From Oopsacas minuta (lineage: Eukaryota > Animalia > Porifera), in contig JAKMXF010000328.1 in NCBI GenBank assembly GCA_024704765.1, positions 185,260-249,259 of the forward strand: DNA of 64,000 bases, read 5' to 3'. The position numbers and the translations under genes were made by a program. This document shows positions 1 to 13,539 of this stretch, piece after piece. Position 1 is the stretch's first letter; every line of letters begins with the position of its first letter. Below the pieces are notes generated by a model. That model was not told where the DNA came from. It made no database searches and saw only the letters and a list, made by a program, of their open reading frames with translations.

Positions 1-562
1 ATGAAAGTGTTAATATCGAGGATGTTGCCATTACCAACTTTGAGTTGGATCAATCTAACCTTGATATGCAACCTCAAAAGAAGGTTAAATATGATCCATT
101 CAGTTAGTTTCAAATCAATGAGACCACGACATCAACAACAACAAATCAAATTACAGACATTGATTTACAATTTAATGAAGAATTGCAAATGTACATTCAA
201 GAAACTGTTCCGAAACGGGAGAATTATAATCTCCTTGATTGGTGGAAGCAGAATAAACTTAGGTTTCCATTATTATCAATAATTGCCATGAGACTATTGG
301 TAATTCAGGCATCCTCATCCGAAAGCGAGAGACACTTTAGTGCCTTTAACGCTCGGCATATTGTAACATCTCAGCGGAATGCAATGTTGCCAGAAACAAT
401 CGAAGCTGTCTCTCTTGTGTTGGAAGGATATAAAAATAACTTAATTTAATTATTGTGTTAGACTAAATACTTACATTATACTTGTTCCTAATAATGAAAT
501 ATATAATGGGTCATGGGTCACTACTTCGATGGGTCACTTCATGTGACCCATTTGCAGCTCTG
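1..562 (+). mobile_element. 3' end of a hAT DNA transposon (C-terminal dimerisation domain plus right terminus)
   Basis: ORF 183-449 reads LLDWWK..RFPLLSIIAMRLLVIQASSSESERHFS, the hAT dimerisation motif. Subterminal GGGTCA repeats at 508-550; terminus reads CAGAGCTGCAAATGGGTCAC on the minus strand, ending at 562. Confidence 0.85.
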
Positions 563-868
563 AAGCAGATTGGTTGATCTTGCTCTACTAAGTATCGAAA
601 GTGAGTTAACAAGAACAATTGATTTCAACTCAGTAATTGACAACTTTGCTACGATAAAGGCTCGGAGAGATGTCTTTTAGAAAATTTTGTGAGTTATAAT
701 TAAGTACATTTAGATGATGTAATAGAAACTCAAGATCAATAAAGATTAGATGAAACAAATAATTTTGAAGCATACAATACAGATAAAAATGTTTAAGAAA
801 ATAATTCGTGTACCAGTACACATTTATACCCATTACCGCTGGTGAATTAAATAACCGAACATATATCA

Positions 869-1618
869 CGAGGAGTTATTCTAAGGACCCAAGGGTCTTT
901 ATAAAAAAATCTCCAGGCGCTAGTGTCTTAGCATTATTTATGGGACCCTAAGGCCCCAGCTCGAAATTCTATCCCAGGACCCTAAGGTCCTTGTTTAACT
1001 AAATATTTAATCCAGGACCCTGTATATAAAAATGCAACTTTAACTTGAAATTTCTACCAGTCAAAGTAAATAGGGGCAGACGACGAAATAGAATGATCAA
1101 ATTGGGTATAGGTTAGAATCAATGTAAAAATATTCAGACAGTTAAAACTAAATAATGAATCAAACAAAGGTGCATCAAAACACAAAAATTGCATGAAGTC
1201 CACATCCAAGTCTCTGGGTAGCTTAATAACAAGTACAAATGAAAACTCCCGACCAATAAGGTAGTGAACCAAATCTCTAGTCCCCTCCCAATGGTACCCG
1301 TTTATAATAATACAATAAAAAGTCCTATCACGTCCTCGTTTCTATAAATCCCATTTTCTATCATTATCCCCTTTTTAACACCATTTCTTAATTTCTAAAC
1401 ACTGAAGCTTCCTTAAATTTCTAAAATCACCTGTACCATCGTTTTAAACCCAAAAATCCAACGATCCATCTTTATATTGATGATCTAGGTGTGAAATAGT
1501 ACAAAAATAGTACAATAAATGTAATTCTAAAGTAGGGTCCTAAAGCGAAATTACACTCTAAGATCCTAGGGTCCTGAGAATGATGTAGCACACTAGGGTC
1601 CAAGATATAATTTCCCCG
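869..1618. mobile_element. Non-autonomous element (MITE-like) with imperfect TIRs and GGACCC subterminal repeats
   Basis: Left cgaggagttattctaaggaccc vs reverse complement of right cggggaaattatatcttggaccc. Several GGACCC(T)A copies at 885-1020 are mirrored by TAGGGTCC at 1533-1600. Flanks are CA and TA. Confidence 0.5.
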
Positions 1619-2335
1619 TATATCACATCATTATGTATTGAATTAACAGCTATATATATACCCATTTTTCAATAAATTACTGTTAAATGCCAATTACTGG
1701 ACTTATAAGGAGTACATATAGTAATTTGACACTCGTTCCATCAATGCAATATTATAATAACATAAACTACTAAAAAAATATTCGTTTAATTCATTGGCAA
1801 AGAAGAGTATAGATGTCGTTACAGGATGCTCAATCGGAGAATTTGAGAAGCATGTTTGACATAACACTGTACATTCACATGGCAAATTAGAATTAATAAT
1901 GCTATCTAAATATTTCATGAAGACATTCAGTTACTAATATGATGGATTATTCAAAATATCTATTCGAGTTCTCTGAGTTCTCTTATTAGCCACACGTGTT
2001 TTGTTCTCCAACAGTTAGTAATAACGAATATTGCTAACACTCGAGTTGATGATACAAGAACTCAACTATATTTCTTATTATCTGTAGGAAAAGTAAGACA
2101 TTGGATTTAGCGTCCTTCGATGTCCCAGTCGTTGCTTAAATTATAGTATGCACTAGCTGTTGCTCTTAATTTAATACTAAACGGTAAGAAAGACTCTAAT
2201 ACAATAAGATACCTTTATAACAAGAATTTTGTCTGTGTGCTATGGTTTTCCCCAAAACCATGGGACACAGAATCTAGACAAGGCCACATTAAACAGAATT
2301 TGTAAAATTTGCAGATAAACTAATTATAATTACTA

Positions 2336-3522
2336 CGGGCGTTCAATAAGTAATCGTTATTCCAAATTTTTGTAAGTCGGAATATTTCGATCCAGATCAA
2401 ACTGAATTTTCTAATAACAATCCATCCATTGTGAATTCAATAATGCAAAGCTTTTGTGATTCTGATGTTTCCTTCTAATATTTTACCTATTTATATTTTT
2501 GACAGTTTATTAAAGTAACATTTTTAATGGCTTCCAAAAGTACCGATTTCAAAATTGAGCATAGAGCATATGTGAAGATCAGAACACTGCTAAAATTTCA
2601 CCAACAGATATCCAAAGATTTAGAGGAAGTTTATAAGGATACAGCACTTCCATATTCCACTGTTGTTGATTGGGCTAGACGCTTCCGTAAAGGTAGAGTG
2701 TCCATTGAAGATGAGGCAAGAATAGGGGTACCAGTATCCAGCGCCAGTGACAAAAACATCCTTGAGATATCCGCGTTACTTGAAGAAGACCCTCAAATCA
2801 CGCTTGTGGAGATTACTGATACCGTTGGGATCTCAACGGGAACTGCTCAAGCTATTGTACATGATAATTGAAATTCCGAAAGATATGTGCTCGATGGGTG
2901 CCGCATTTACTAAGTCAGGCCCAGAAATCAAAGAGGGTCCAATGCGCTACTAAATTGCTCTCTGAGTTTGATCGAGCTGACTCCAGAAGGTTATTTGAGA
3001 TAGTAACAAGTGACGAGACTTGGGTACGTTATTCTGAGCCTTTATCAAAAAAGCAAACAAAGTATGGGTGTCAATAGGACAGGACCCACCAATGATCCCT
3101 CGACATGACTTTCTGGACCCGAGGGTTATGTACTGTGGATTGCGAATATTGCATGATGACGCCCGACCGTACAAGACAAAGCTGTTTAGAGAAGAGTTGG
3201 GAGCTATGAAGATTGGGGAGCTAGGTCACCCTCCCTACTCTCCAAGTCTAGCTTCCTGTGACTTTTGGTTGTTTCCAAAGCTAAAGAAAAATCTATCAGG
3301 CAGGAAATTCGAGAGTCAAGCTCAGATAGGATCGGCGATTTTCCAGTATATGAAAGGTGCCAACAGAAGACTACAAATAAGTATTTTTCGATTAGATAAA
3401 AAGGCTGAAATTGGTTTTACAGCACGAAGGGGAATCCTTTGAGAAACTCCATCACTAACTACATAATTATGCTATAAAAGTTTTGAATTACAATGTGATA
3501 ACGACTACTTATTGGACGCCCA
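2336..3522 (+). mobile_element. mariner (DD34D) transposon, defective
   Basis: 24-bp TIRs (cgggcgttcaataagtaatcgtta / taacgactacttattggacgccca) with TA on both sides. Fragments contain WVPHLL, IVTSDETW and HDDARP-x-HPPYSPSLASCD with D34D spacing; stops, frameshifts and an internal deletion. Confidence 0.95.
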
Positions 3523-3849
3523 TAGTAGAGTGTCAAAATCAAATTAAAATCAATTTTTACAAAATATATTCATTTTTTAGAAGAATCCGAAGAAAGCTTT
3601 ATTATTTCCAAAAGAAATGTTTTCAGAATCGGACAGAAGATTAACCAATTTAATATAATGATTGATTCAATTCGAATGAAAGTAACAGAGCCTGTCAGTC
3701 AAAAAAATTGTAGATTTTACCTTAGCACCTTACTGCTCCCGTGGAACAATCACAGATTTCTTCGAGAAAAGGGTAAGCAAGTTAGAATAATTCCTTGATA
3801 TCCTATGTATTAGTACGATTGATATTTAGACATTTATCTCAATAGGTAA

Positions 3850-5520
3850 AAAGGTAGATCAAGAAACAATTCGAGTTGTTGAAACTTTCTACCAGGATGA
3901 TGAATTCACACATAAGATTCTTAGGAGGAAAGATTACGTTAGCATTGCATGCAATATTCATGTATGATTTGCAAAAATTTCTCATCGGAATTCTTGCATG
4001 AAATGATACTGCATTATATCAGATGAAAACGAGCATGATACAGTTAATCTAGTAAGTATTCTTACATCATCTAAAGGTCATACTTCCCCAAATTAGAAGT
4101 CTAGAAGATTTTGGTTATGGGTGTGTTGGTCAATAAAAAACAAAAGAACTTATATAACCTGAGCAAAAATATGAATGATCTTGGGATAGAAGTGACTTGG
4201 ATATATTCGGAACATCTCAAGGGAAATATCCCTGTGATGGAATTGGAGGGAAAGTGAAGAGAGTCACTGGTAGAGCTAGTTTACAAAGGCAAAAGAAAAA
4301 CCATATTCGCACTGCAGATGTTCAAGTTTTGCTCAACGATGGCGAATCTTCCACCCATCCAATTCTTCTTTGTATCTACTATTGAAGTACCCAAAATATT
4401 GAAATATTGGCTAAAAGATATGTGAGTGTGATTTCCTAATTTAAGTAAGCATATATGACCTTCAGTAGCGGATTAGCCAAGGGGCTAAAGGAGCCTTGGC
4501 ACCCAGCCTCTACTTTTAACTGATCTCGCGGTCTTAGCATATATGATGAAATTTCCCTGTTTGGTAATAGGAAATTCTTACTTAGATTTCGGATTTACCT
4601 CAAGAGTTATACTCCACATGGTCTCACTTTATACCTTAAGTCTCAGTCTCCACACTGCATTTGTTGTTTGCTCAAAAGGTGCAGTCATTTTGAATGCGAA
4701 CGCCACAAATATCAAAGTTAATTGAATGACAAGGTAGTCAATATAAAAACATCAAAATAACGTCCATATCCACTATATTCGATTGTTAAACTTCATTTCT
4801 GAGTTCTACTCAGCCTAGTAGTGAATAAAGTTATCTTATATATAAAAACTCAGTGGTTTTATTATTTCAAATTTCCCACTTGATTAGTTGATTCAATTCA
4901 AAATGAAAACGATAATTGCCAGTTAAATATAGGCTTCCAGTTTATATTAAACGAGGCCAAGGAGTGAGGTGTGAGCCTCTTTGAAATGCTTGCTATTTTG
5001 ATCTCCAAACTTAAGTGGATAAAAGCGAATTGCGCTCAACTGTCTGAGAGCCGTCTAAATATGCTATCTTGGATGTTAATAGAACACGATTTGCTACGAA
5101 AAATTGACTTTAGAGAAACTATTGGAGAGTTCAGTAATCGCAAATCTCGTAAAGTAAAGGTTTAGTCGTTTTTTTATATTCATGTAGTCATAAAATTGTT
5201 TGTGATTTCTTTATTAGTGGTATTTTTCTGAATTATATTTGATTATGATGACTGTTTTTTAATGGATAGAGGCTAAAAATAACAGCCTCACAATCGTACT
5301 AGGTGCCCGACCTCGCAGGCCCTTAATCCGCCCCTGATGACCTTATATAATGTTTATAGATTTCTTAACAGCACGACTATACCAGGATAAGGTAACGTGA
5401 GAGTCAGTTTATGCATCCAAAGTACTTAATCGCTCTGACAATTATTTCTTCTGGCCTACAATAGATATATGTTACATCCCCGAAAATAATATTTTCAGCT
5501 CCGTACCTTCTTCTAAAAGT
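3850..5520 (+). mobile_element. Sola-like (probably Sola2) transposase relic, split by a hAT derivative
   Basis: Degenerate motifs FYQDDEF..RKDYVS (~3890), SDENEHD (~4020), GCVGQ*KNK (~4120), TSQGKYPCDGIGGKVKR (4210-4260) and, after the insertion, FFWPTIDICYIPENNI (~5445). Subfamily assignment is from memory of the HGK..CDG.GG motif. Confidence 0.55.
4463..5336 (+). mobile_element. Non-autonomous hAT deletion derivative retaining the ZMYM1-type C-terminal tail
   Basis: TIRs cagtagcggatta / taatccgcccctg; perfect 8-bp TSD ATGACCTT (4455-4462 and 5337-5344). ORF 4971-5165 ends SESRLNMLSWMLIEHDLLRKIDF..IGEFSNRKSRK. Confidence 0.9.
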
Positions 5521-5559
5521 GCCCGGAAACACATAAAATATGATCCAGAATCCCAATAT

Positions 5560-8200
5560 ATTGAAAGAGAAACTAGTTGAGAGAAAGAATTAATTAAATA
5601 TACATAATATAAAAGTATGTGATATTATACCTAGATCTTTTGGCTATTTTAAAAATTCTTTCTAATTAATTAAATGGAAATCCTGTATGGGGATAGTACT
5701 CAAATCAGTACACCCTTTCCATACCCGTCTATTAATTTGCATATTTTCAAAGGAGTCTCCTTAAGAGACTTGTGATGAGCAATTATTTCCTTCCTATCTG
5801 TGTTAATATCAAATTCCAGCTCTTCAGAAAGTTTAGTTTGAACCATTGGAGGGTAAGGATTTATGACGTTGGAAATCTAATTCACCATTAGTCAATAGAC
5901 TACCTTTTTGAGGTAATTTACATGTTATATTTCGATCGACAAATCAATCACCTCATTTAATGGACTCTCGCCAGACTTTGGTGCATCATGTATCTAAAGT
6001 AAAGACTGTACATGCGGTGACCCCTTTGCTGAAACTCTATCCCATAAAAATCAGTGAGAATACCAAGGGGACTAACCTTTGAGCCAAGGACTATGAATGG
6101 CTCCTTAGAACGATGGTCATTATACCTTGCGAAAGTGACAGGATCTCTCCTTATCAACTCTGCTCGTTCACTCTGCTGTAATTCCAGCTCAATATACAGT
6201 AGAACCTCCCAAAGTGGGGTGTACAATTGGTGTATTTAGTAAACTGCAGCTAAATGAACCTCCCAAATTGGGGTTTTTGTCAGAAGTGGGGTGTGGGATG
6301 CGCCTGCTGAAATTTGGAACAATATTGTATTCAAAATTTACATTTTTTATTCCCAAAGTGGGGTATCCAAAGTGAGGTATTTCCCAAAGCGGGGTACCTA
6401 AGTGGGGTGAATCACTATTATATGTTAAAAGTGATTCAATACTAGGATAGTATCCTTCCTACACCACTTAATTTTCATTATTCTTCTTCAGCAGATAAAA
6501 GTCAATTGATGGTTGAATCAGATTAGCCTGTACCCTTTCCAGGATTTTGTCTTGAACTGGGATAACCATTGTTACTTCATCATCCATTCCTTTGTGTTCA
6601 AAATACTTTTCGAGTTCAGATAAACGCAACACAACTGCAGGTGGACCAGCTATTAAAACTTCTTGATCAAGGATATCCTGCTCATCATGATTTACAACAT
6701 CTGAAATTAGATCTGGAATGATTTCATTATGTGATTCAAAGCGGAAACCAGCTTTCTCAAAATAACGAGAAACAGTGGATGTATTGTGTAAAGAATTCCA
6801 AACCCTACCAAGCCAAACATATGCACGGAACATATCGACGCCTTCCATGGGATGTTTATCGATGAAAATCATCTTAGACATGTGTTCATGGAGGTATTTA
6901 AAATATCTAATTTTCAAAGCGTTACCGATCCCTTGATCGACAGGTTGTAACAGAGATGTACAATTCGCTGGTAACCATTCACCAAGGACATGAGTTAGAT
7001 GTTCCTTTGCTAATTCGAATCCACATTCATGACCGGAAAAATTATCAAGAAAGAGCAAGACATTCCGTTTCTGTGTTTCAATTGTTGTATTTAAATATAA
7101 AAGCCACTCCTTGAAAATAGTAGAATTCATCCATCCTTTGGGAGTCGCTTTTCATTGCATGCATACCGGGAGTTTATTAGTGTCGTAGTGAATTCTAGGG
7201 AATGCTCTTGGTTTTAAATACTAATTAATAACAATCATTTGCTCCATATGTCCATCCATAGCAGCAACAATGAACACAGTAATCCTCTTCTTACTGACTT
7301 TACTTCCTGCGGGGTTTGGGCCTTGCTGAAGCAATGTTCTTTTCCACTTTGTTCCGATAAAGACCAACCTCGTCACCATTAAGAACATCCTTTTTGTCAT
7401 AACCTTTAAGGAGAGTAGGTAATATCTTCTTGAATTCCTCAACAGCATTCATGGGAGCTGACCCTCTTCCTCCTTGGAGAGCGCTACTCACAATTCTATT
7501 GCGGCTTCGGAACCTTTCTAACCAGCATTAGAGGCACTAAACCATCTAAATTGGGCAGCTTCTTCGAAATCATTGTGGCAATATTTTGTATAATTGGACC
7601 AGTTACAATAGCATTTAAATCTCGGGCTCTCACGCTATACTCAACAAGTTTGTCATCCAGATCAATAGTCTTAACCTGACTATACGCTTTCTTTCCGTAC
7701 CTTTGCGAAGAGCACTATCTAGAGTTTCAAAATTAATAGCTACCCATCGTTCCTTTTCCTTACTAATCCTAGACACAGTACCTTTGGAGGCCTTGTACTT
7801 TTGTACAGCATCTAATTGGGTCATTCCTTTGGATAGATCCTGTGCAATTGTGACCTTCCTCTTTAAACTTAGTTGAGTTTTATGAACAGTAGCCATAAAT
7901 CATATAAAATCTAGAACAACACTTAATGAAATTTTAAAAAAATTATTGTCGGAAGTGGGGTATTTCCCAAAGTGGGGTGTAATATTTTAGCAGTGCTTCC
8001 CAGACACCCCACTTAGGGAGGTTCTACTGTATGTGGATAATTTTTCGTTATTTAGAATCTCTTTCAGGATTATTAGCAACCCTGGTAATTAGTCTCGGTT
8101 GCTGATAGTGTGATAAAGAGTGTAGGTCATCCCAACTGTCTTATCATAGACATTAATTCTTCCTGTTTCTGCTGCTAGAATGCAAGAGAAGACTAAATAG
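5560..8200 (-). mobile_element. Helitron (Helitron2/Helentron-type) Rep fragment, interrupted by a pogo element
   Basis: Minus strand: QEELMSMIRQLG*PTLFITLSATET (~8090-8170), then after the insertion LIRRDPVTFARY and GIEFQQRG (6020-6160), the Rep HUH region. Boundaries approximate. Confidence 0.8.
6197..8029 (-). mobile_element. pogo/Tigger transposon (CENP-B-type HTH plus DDE_1), defective
   Basis: TIRs cagtagaacctccc(a/t)aagtggggtgt with TA TSD (6195-96, 8030-31). HTH ORF 7630-7896, NGDEVGL motif, DDE ORF 6468-7130 (LFLDNFSGH, LPANCTSLLQPVDQG). Subterminal AAGTGGGG repeats. Confidence 0.95.
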
Positions 8201-8340
8201 CCTCTAGAAATTTGAAAACATCATAATGTGCTATCGTTTTCACAAGACTTTCATCATCCAGGTTATCAGATACTGTCACAGTCTGACCATCTTTGTAGCT
8301 TGCTTTTCTCAACCAAATATTAATATTAATAGCATTATCA

Positions 8341-11300
8341 TAGCCGTGGACAAGGGGTTTGGGGGCTTAAGCCCCCAAATTTTGCCTCACCAATTCCCGA
8401 AAATTCCTGAAAACATATGTGAAATTATGCTTTATTAATAATTTATGAAGTTATTCCGGATATCTTCCAAACAAATGCATTCTACCCTTATTACAAGTAA
8501 CAAATTCATACACTAATTCTTTCAATGGTAAACCGTCCGTTCTTTGTTTGTGCACATGAAGTAACAAGCACCAATTCAATCGTGCTTGGCATGTAGTTGT
8601 ACGACATCCAGGTCTTAAGTCTGCGGAGTGCACTGAAACTTCTTTCACTTGGGATATTTGTTGCTGGCATCACAAGAATTAATTTCACAATTTTGATTAC
8701 CTCTGAGAAAAGATTTTTCTGTACTATTCAAAGATTTGAGATTAGTTATTATTAATGGCAAATCCATCAAAACTGCTCCAACGCAATGGAAGAGTTTCAA
8801 CTGCGTTTGAGACGGTCTCTGCATGGGTAAAGTCATCTCCTTAGAATACGATTATAGAACCAATCAAATCTGAATCTTGGCGTTTTCTGAACTAATCAGG
8901 GCTGTACTAAATTTTGGGGCATCTAGAATCCCTTCAGATCAAATCTGTCCTTGATAGCTGCCATAGTTAGAATAATTATTTGAAAATTCATTTTTCTATA
9001 ATGTTCCTCAACACTAGTTGGGTACTCTAGTATTTCCAACTGTTTAATATCTTCGGGGAACTTTCCTTTTCCTCGGAAGTGCCGGTGTAGCAGCCTAGAT
9101 TAACCTCCCGCCTGAATATACCTTCTGAGCCTAGATCAACCCCCTGGGTATAAACTAGCCTAGCCTAGATGAACTTCCTGGGTATAAACTCGTCTAGCCT
9201 AGCCTAGTTTATACCCTGTGTAAATATTCCCAATGAGATTATAGTAATTTAGAGTTTTTTAAATTATCTGCTAATACAATAATGAATCTATGGTACTAAT
9301 GAACAGATAGGAACAATATTGTTTATGTTTCTAGTATCATTGTATATTAATGACTACGTTGAAGTGTTCGACCAAATTTTCCAGATATAATGCAGTTTCT
9401 GTTGTTTCTGTCAATGTAAAAGATGCAGGGTATATAAGCCATTCCATAGAATCCCCACTCTTTGCATACACAACGATATTATGTTGAATAGGATTAGCTG
9501 TGGTCAGTATTTCTGCCTCGGTTGCCCAAATACCACTGGAGTCAATGGCACTTTCTCTGACATAATTGGCAACCGTTTGAGAAAGATACTTTCTTAGTGT
9601 TCCACTCGAACTACCACTCATGTGATGGACGACTTTATTACAAATTATAATATGGCTATCTTCTGAACCTGTTAGGATGTAGCTTATTGATCGGAAATAG
9701 CAATAACCAACACCTTTAGTCCTGTATATCCGCGAGGGTTTAGATAGGTAGCCAGGTTTTCCAAAGTATTGGGTCTTGCATATGTTCAAGTTGAGAACTT
9801 TGGCGACATTTTTTTCTAGATTCAGCGGAAATTGGAGAAAACAGTCTGTTTGGGTTGAATTGTTTAACTCCTTGTTTAACTCCAATTAAAACTAGCTCAA
9901 CCGTACACTCTAGTTTCTTAATCTTAGAATGTGATATTGAAATTGTTTTCTTTTTCTTTGATTTACCATCTTCAGCTTTGTTATTTGAATCATAAACCTT
10001 AGAGTCTGCAATATTATATATATTTTTTAGTTTCTTACCTGTGTTAATAATCTCTAGGATTGCACGTCCTTTATCTAGCAACTCAATGATTTATAAGGAC
10101 CCATCCAGCGTGGTTCCATTTTCGATCCCATTCGATGTATTTGCTAGCAGTTTTTTTGTACACAGTAGCGCCAGGTGATAACACTTTACTATTAGAATGA
10201 CGGTCATCAAAGTTGCGCTTTTGATGTTTCTATGCGTTTGTGGTATTAAGATTAATTTTGGCGTTGATAGCATCCCACATCATGCCAAACGCTTGTAAAA
10301 CTTTTGGGTTCGCTTGCTCAATTGATTTTGGAGGTTTAATGGACAAATCAATTGGTAGCTTCGCAGTACGAGAATACATCGCTTGAAATGGAGTACATTT
10401 CTTAGAAGCATGAATGCTTGTGTGATAAGCAAATAGTATTCCTGGGATATACATATTCCAATCATCACCTCTTTCATTTACCAATTTCACCAATGCAGAT
10501 TTCAGGGTACGGTTATCTCTCTCCAGTTGTCCATTTGTTTCAGATGATAAGCAGAAGAAATTCGATGCTCAGTCTGCAGAATGTAAGAAGATAATCAATA
10601 ACTTCGTTCACAAACTCTCTTCCTTGATCACTTATCAGTGTGTCCATACATCCCAATCTGCAAACTACTATGTATAGAAAATCAGCTACAGATTTAGAAG
10701 TTTTGTCTGGAATGGCAATAACTTCTTACCACTTGGAAAAGTGGTCTGAAATAGCTACAATATATTTGTTGCCAGTTGTAGACTCCTGTAGGGCCCGATG
10801 GGATCAATTCCTACAAGACTCCATACTTGGGATGGTACGCGTATCGAAGAAAGCGAAGGACGTTCCATCTTAAGTTTTGGGTTGACTGTTAATTTTAGTA
10901 TTAGTAAATATTTACCTTTCCAGTAGAATCTTGATGCGATCTTTTGGTAGGTTTTGTCACGACCAAAATTACCACCGGTTACAGGGTTATCATGACACAT
11001 TTTGAGTACTGCGCCCACTCCACTTTTTCGTGACACTTGCTTTTCAGCATGCATCAGAACCCCATCCTTCAAAGTATATGGCTTAACAGTTTGTCTGAAT
11101 TGTGATTTCGCATTGACTCGTTTTTCAGCTGGAAGTTTATAGATCTTTCCTTGATATTTGTTTTCGTTGGATATAAAAAAATGCAATATTTGATTGTAGA
11201 GTTGATCATCCATCAAAATAATGTAGTAAATATAATTGATAGATCAAACAAGTTGATATGCTCTTCTAGTATATTTATAATAGTTGAAACACAAATATAG

Positions 11301-13090
11301 ACATTGTAAGTGTCGCCGCCACACGCATCGCTTGTATTCTACAAGCAGATACCATCATAATTTGTTGACTATTAACTCCGGGGTAGAACCTGGGCTAACC
11401 CAGACTATACCTGGGGTTAATCTGGGCTAAAGGGTATAATCTGGGCTAGGCTATATTAACTCTGGGGCTTAATCTGGCCTAACCCAGACTATACCCGGGG
11501 CTAAACTGGGTGGGGAGGTTAATCTAGGCTGTTACACCGGCGAAGAAACCTCGATTGATGATCTTCTACATTCTACATACTTCTAAAACAATGTGAGGTT
11601 AATCTCAGTTCTTACTTTGAGGAGGGTAGAAAGCGTTGTCTTCACAAAGGTTTATCCTTCATGTGCTGATATCGTTTCAGTTTGCAATGACCGAGACAAA
11701 TTATCGGTCATGTTTAAGATTTTCGTCCTAGTTAAACTCCAAATGAATTCAAATTTTCCATTTGTGCTGCAACTCCTCCAATCCTAGCTTTTAATTCATT
11801 ATCTTTTGTTACATATTTTGCTACATCCAAGTCAATTGTAGTACGTGATAATTCTCTGAGATGGAACTAAACGCTTCAGCCCTTACTGTCCATCGTGTTG
11901 GACATAATATTCTAATCCCAGGAGAGCACTCTAAAATTTCACCATTTAACTTGCTAAAGATTGCATCTCTTTTAGGCGATTTTTAATTAGTTTTGTAATC
12001 TATATATACCGTACTCAATGTATCCTCCTTAACTTTTGTGCCCTTAATTCCATCCTGAATAGCAAGGTTCAATGCATGCCCATAACAATGGGTATAGAGA
12101 CTCGAGGTTCTAAAGAAGATACTTTAGTGGCAACTCCTGATCGTATTCCAGACATGTTGCTGGCTCCATCGTAGCATTGACCACGGAAATTGTTGATTGA
12201 TGAATTCAAGCGCACAGTATGTCTTGAAATGTCAACATTATATTGTCAGCAGAAGTTGATTTCAAACTGTAGAGACCAATGATCTCTTCATGAACATTTA
12301 AGTCATCATCAATGTGATGCAGGCACAATACCATTTGCTTAATGTTTGACAGATCGGTTGTTTCATCAACCATTACGGTATACATTTTCCCTGAAATCTG
12401 TTATACAATATCTCTCAATATCCTTAATGATATCTGCTTGAGGATTTCATTTGTATGTCTAGGTTAGTACATTTGTCTTGACACTTGTCAAGCCACTTCA
12501 ATAGATTTGGATTGTCTTCAGCTCGTATTCGAAGTAGCAGTATAAAGTTCGAGTCTGACTTACCATTCAATATTTCAGGGTCATCAGTTTTCCATCAACC
12601 ACGAAAAGCAATGCCTTGCCTACTAAGGTAACGAACGCTGCTGAAAATTTTAAGCAGACTGGTCTGTCCTCATCCTCCTCCTCTGCATGACTTTTGTTCA
12701 ATATTTCACCAACATCTTTGGTTGTGCTTGGTATTGTGATTACAAGGTCAATAGCTTCACGATGAGATTTTGAACTTTGATATTTTTCGAATGCTTTTTT
12801 CCAATTACTGAATCCAGTGCTTGTTAACATTTCATCCAAGTACCCTGATATCTTCAAACCATGTTTATATGCTACCAAGCAGTAAAACACAATACACTAT
12901 CGCTACCTTCTTGATAATGCAACCAGGGGAATGTTTTATATCATGAAAAGTTAACTCCTCTCTGTTGTTTACCAAAGGTCCATAGTGGGAATGAAAGGAT
13001 TGGTTGGGAGGCATTTTAGGATATAAGGATGTCTGGTTGTCCGGTTCGATATGTTAACTGAATTTCGTTAGAGGATTCACCTTCCGTTCT
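8341..13090 (-). mobile_element. hAT transposon (ZMYM1/DUF4371-type), decayed, interrupted by a Ginger1 element
   Basis: N-terminal TGFSNWKKA..KYQSSKSHREA (12567-12890); C-terminal MPATNIPSERSFSALRRLKTW (8506-8688); GC-rich terminus at 8341. Removing the Ginger1 and one CCGG restores SSPALPRKRKVPRRY. The 5' terminus was not found. Confidence 0.8.
9086..11536 (-). mobile_element. Ginger1 DNA transposon (Gypsy-like integrase plus C-terminal OTU-like domain)
   Basis: TGT...ACA termini, 24-bp TIR core (tgtagcagcctagattaacctccc), 4-bp TSD CCGG (9082-85, 11537-40), subterminal CTAGCCTAG/GGGTATA repeats. Integrase pieces HDNPVTGGNFGRDKTY..YWKG, WSLVGIDPIGP and DWNMYIPGILFAYHTSIHAS..TPF; OTU-like ORF 9337-9885. 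Confidence 0.9.
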
Positions 13091-13539
13091 CAACAATTGC
13101 ATTTGTTCATCATCTGGAAAGCAAACTTGAATCTTTATCAGTCTCTCCTGATTCTTATTGAGCTTTTTGAACGAGCCATTGAGCTAGACAGGCACGTAGC
13201 TAGAGCAAGCCATTCAGGGGACAAGAAGTATTCCGGAAGGGCAATTGCAGGGATAAATATTTTTGAAAAGTTAATTACTTGTGTATAACAAGTACGACCC
13301 AGTCTCCTTTTCTTACATGTATTAACTTTTTAATTCATAAAGTACCAGATTACTAAGCTAGGGAACACTGGACTAGTCTACATTATAGTAAGAGCATTTA
13401 TTAAGATACTAAACTCAATTCAGGGATACTATTTGACATTACAAAAGAAAGCGGCGGTGCTTCATCTGCTTAAAATGTTCAATCACATCATTATAACAAA
13501 GTGTTTCTGCAATATCTTTTTCAATAGATAACAGGGCAA

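Noticed and set aside
1703-1918. Cys-containing ORF as a RING/zinc-finger gene fragment
   Set aside because: Cys/His spacing does not fit a known finger and no flanking homology is visible.
9110-9215. Short interspersed repeats (also 11385-11515) as a CRISPR-like array
   Set aside because: Irregular units without unique spacers; they are Ginger1 subterminal repeats mirrored at both ends, in a eukaryotic context.
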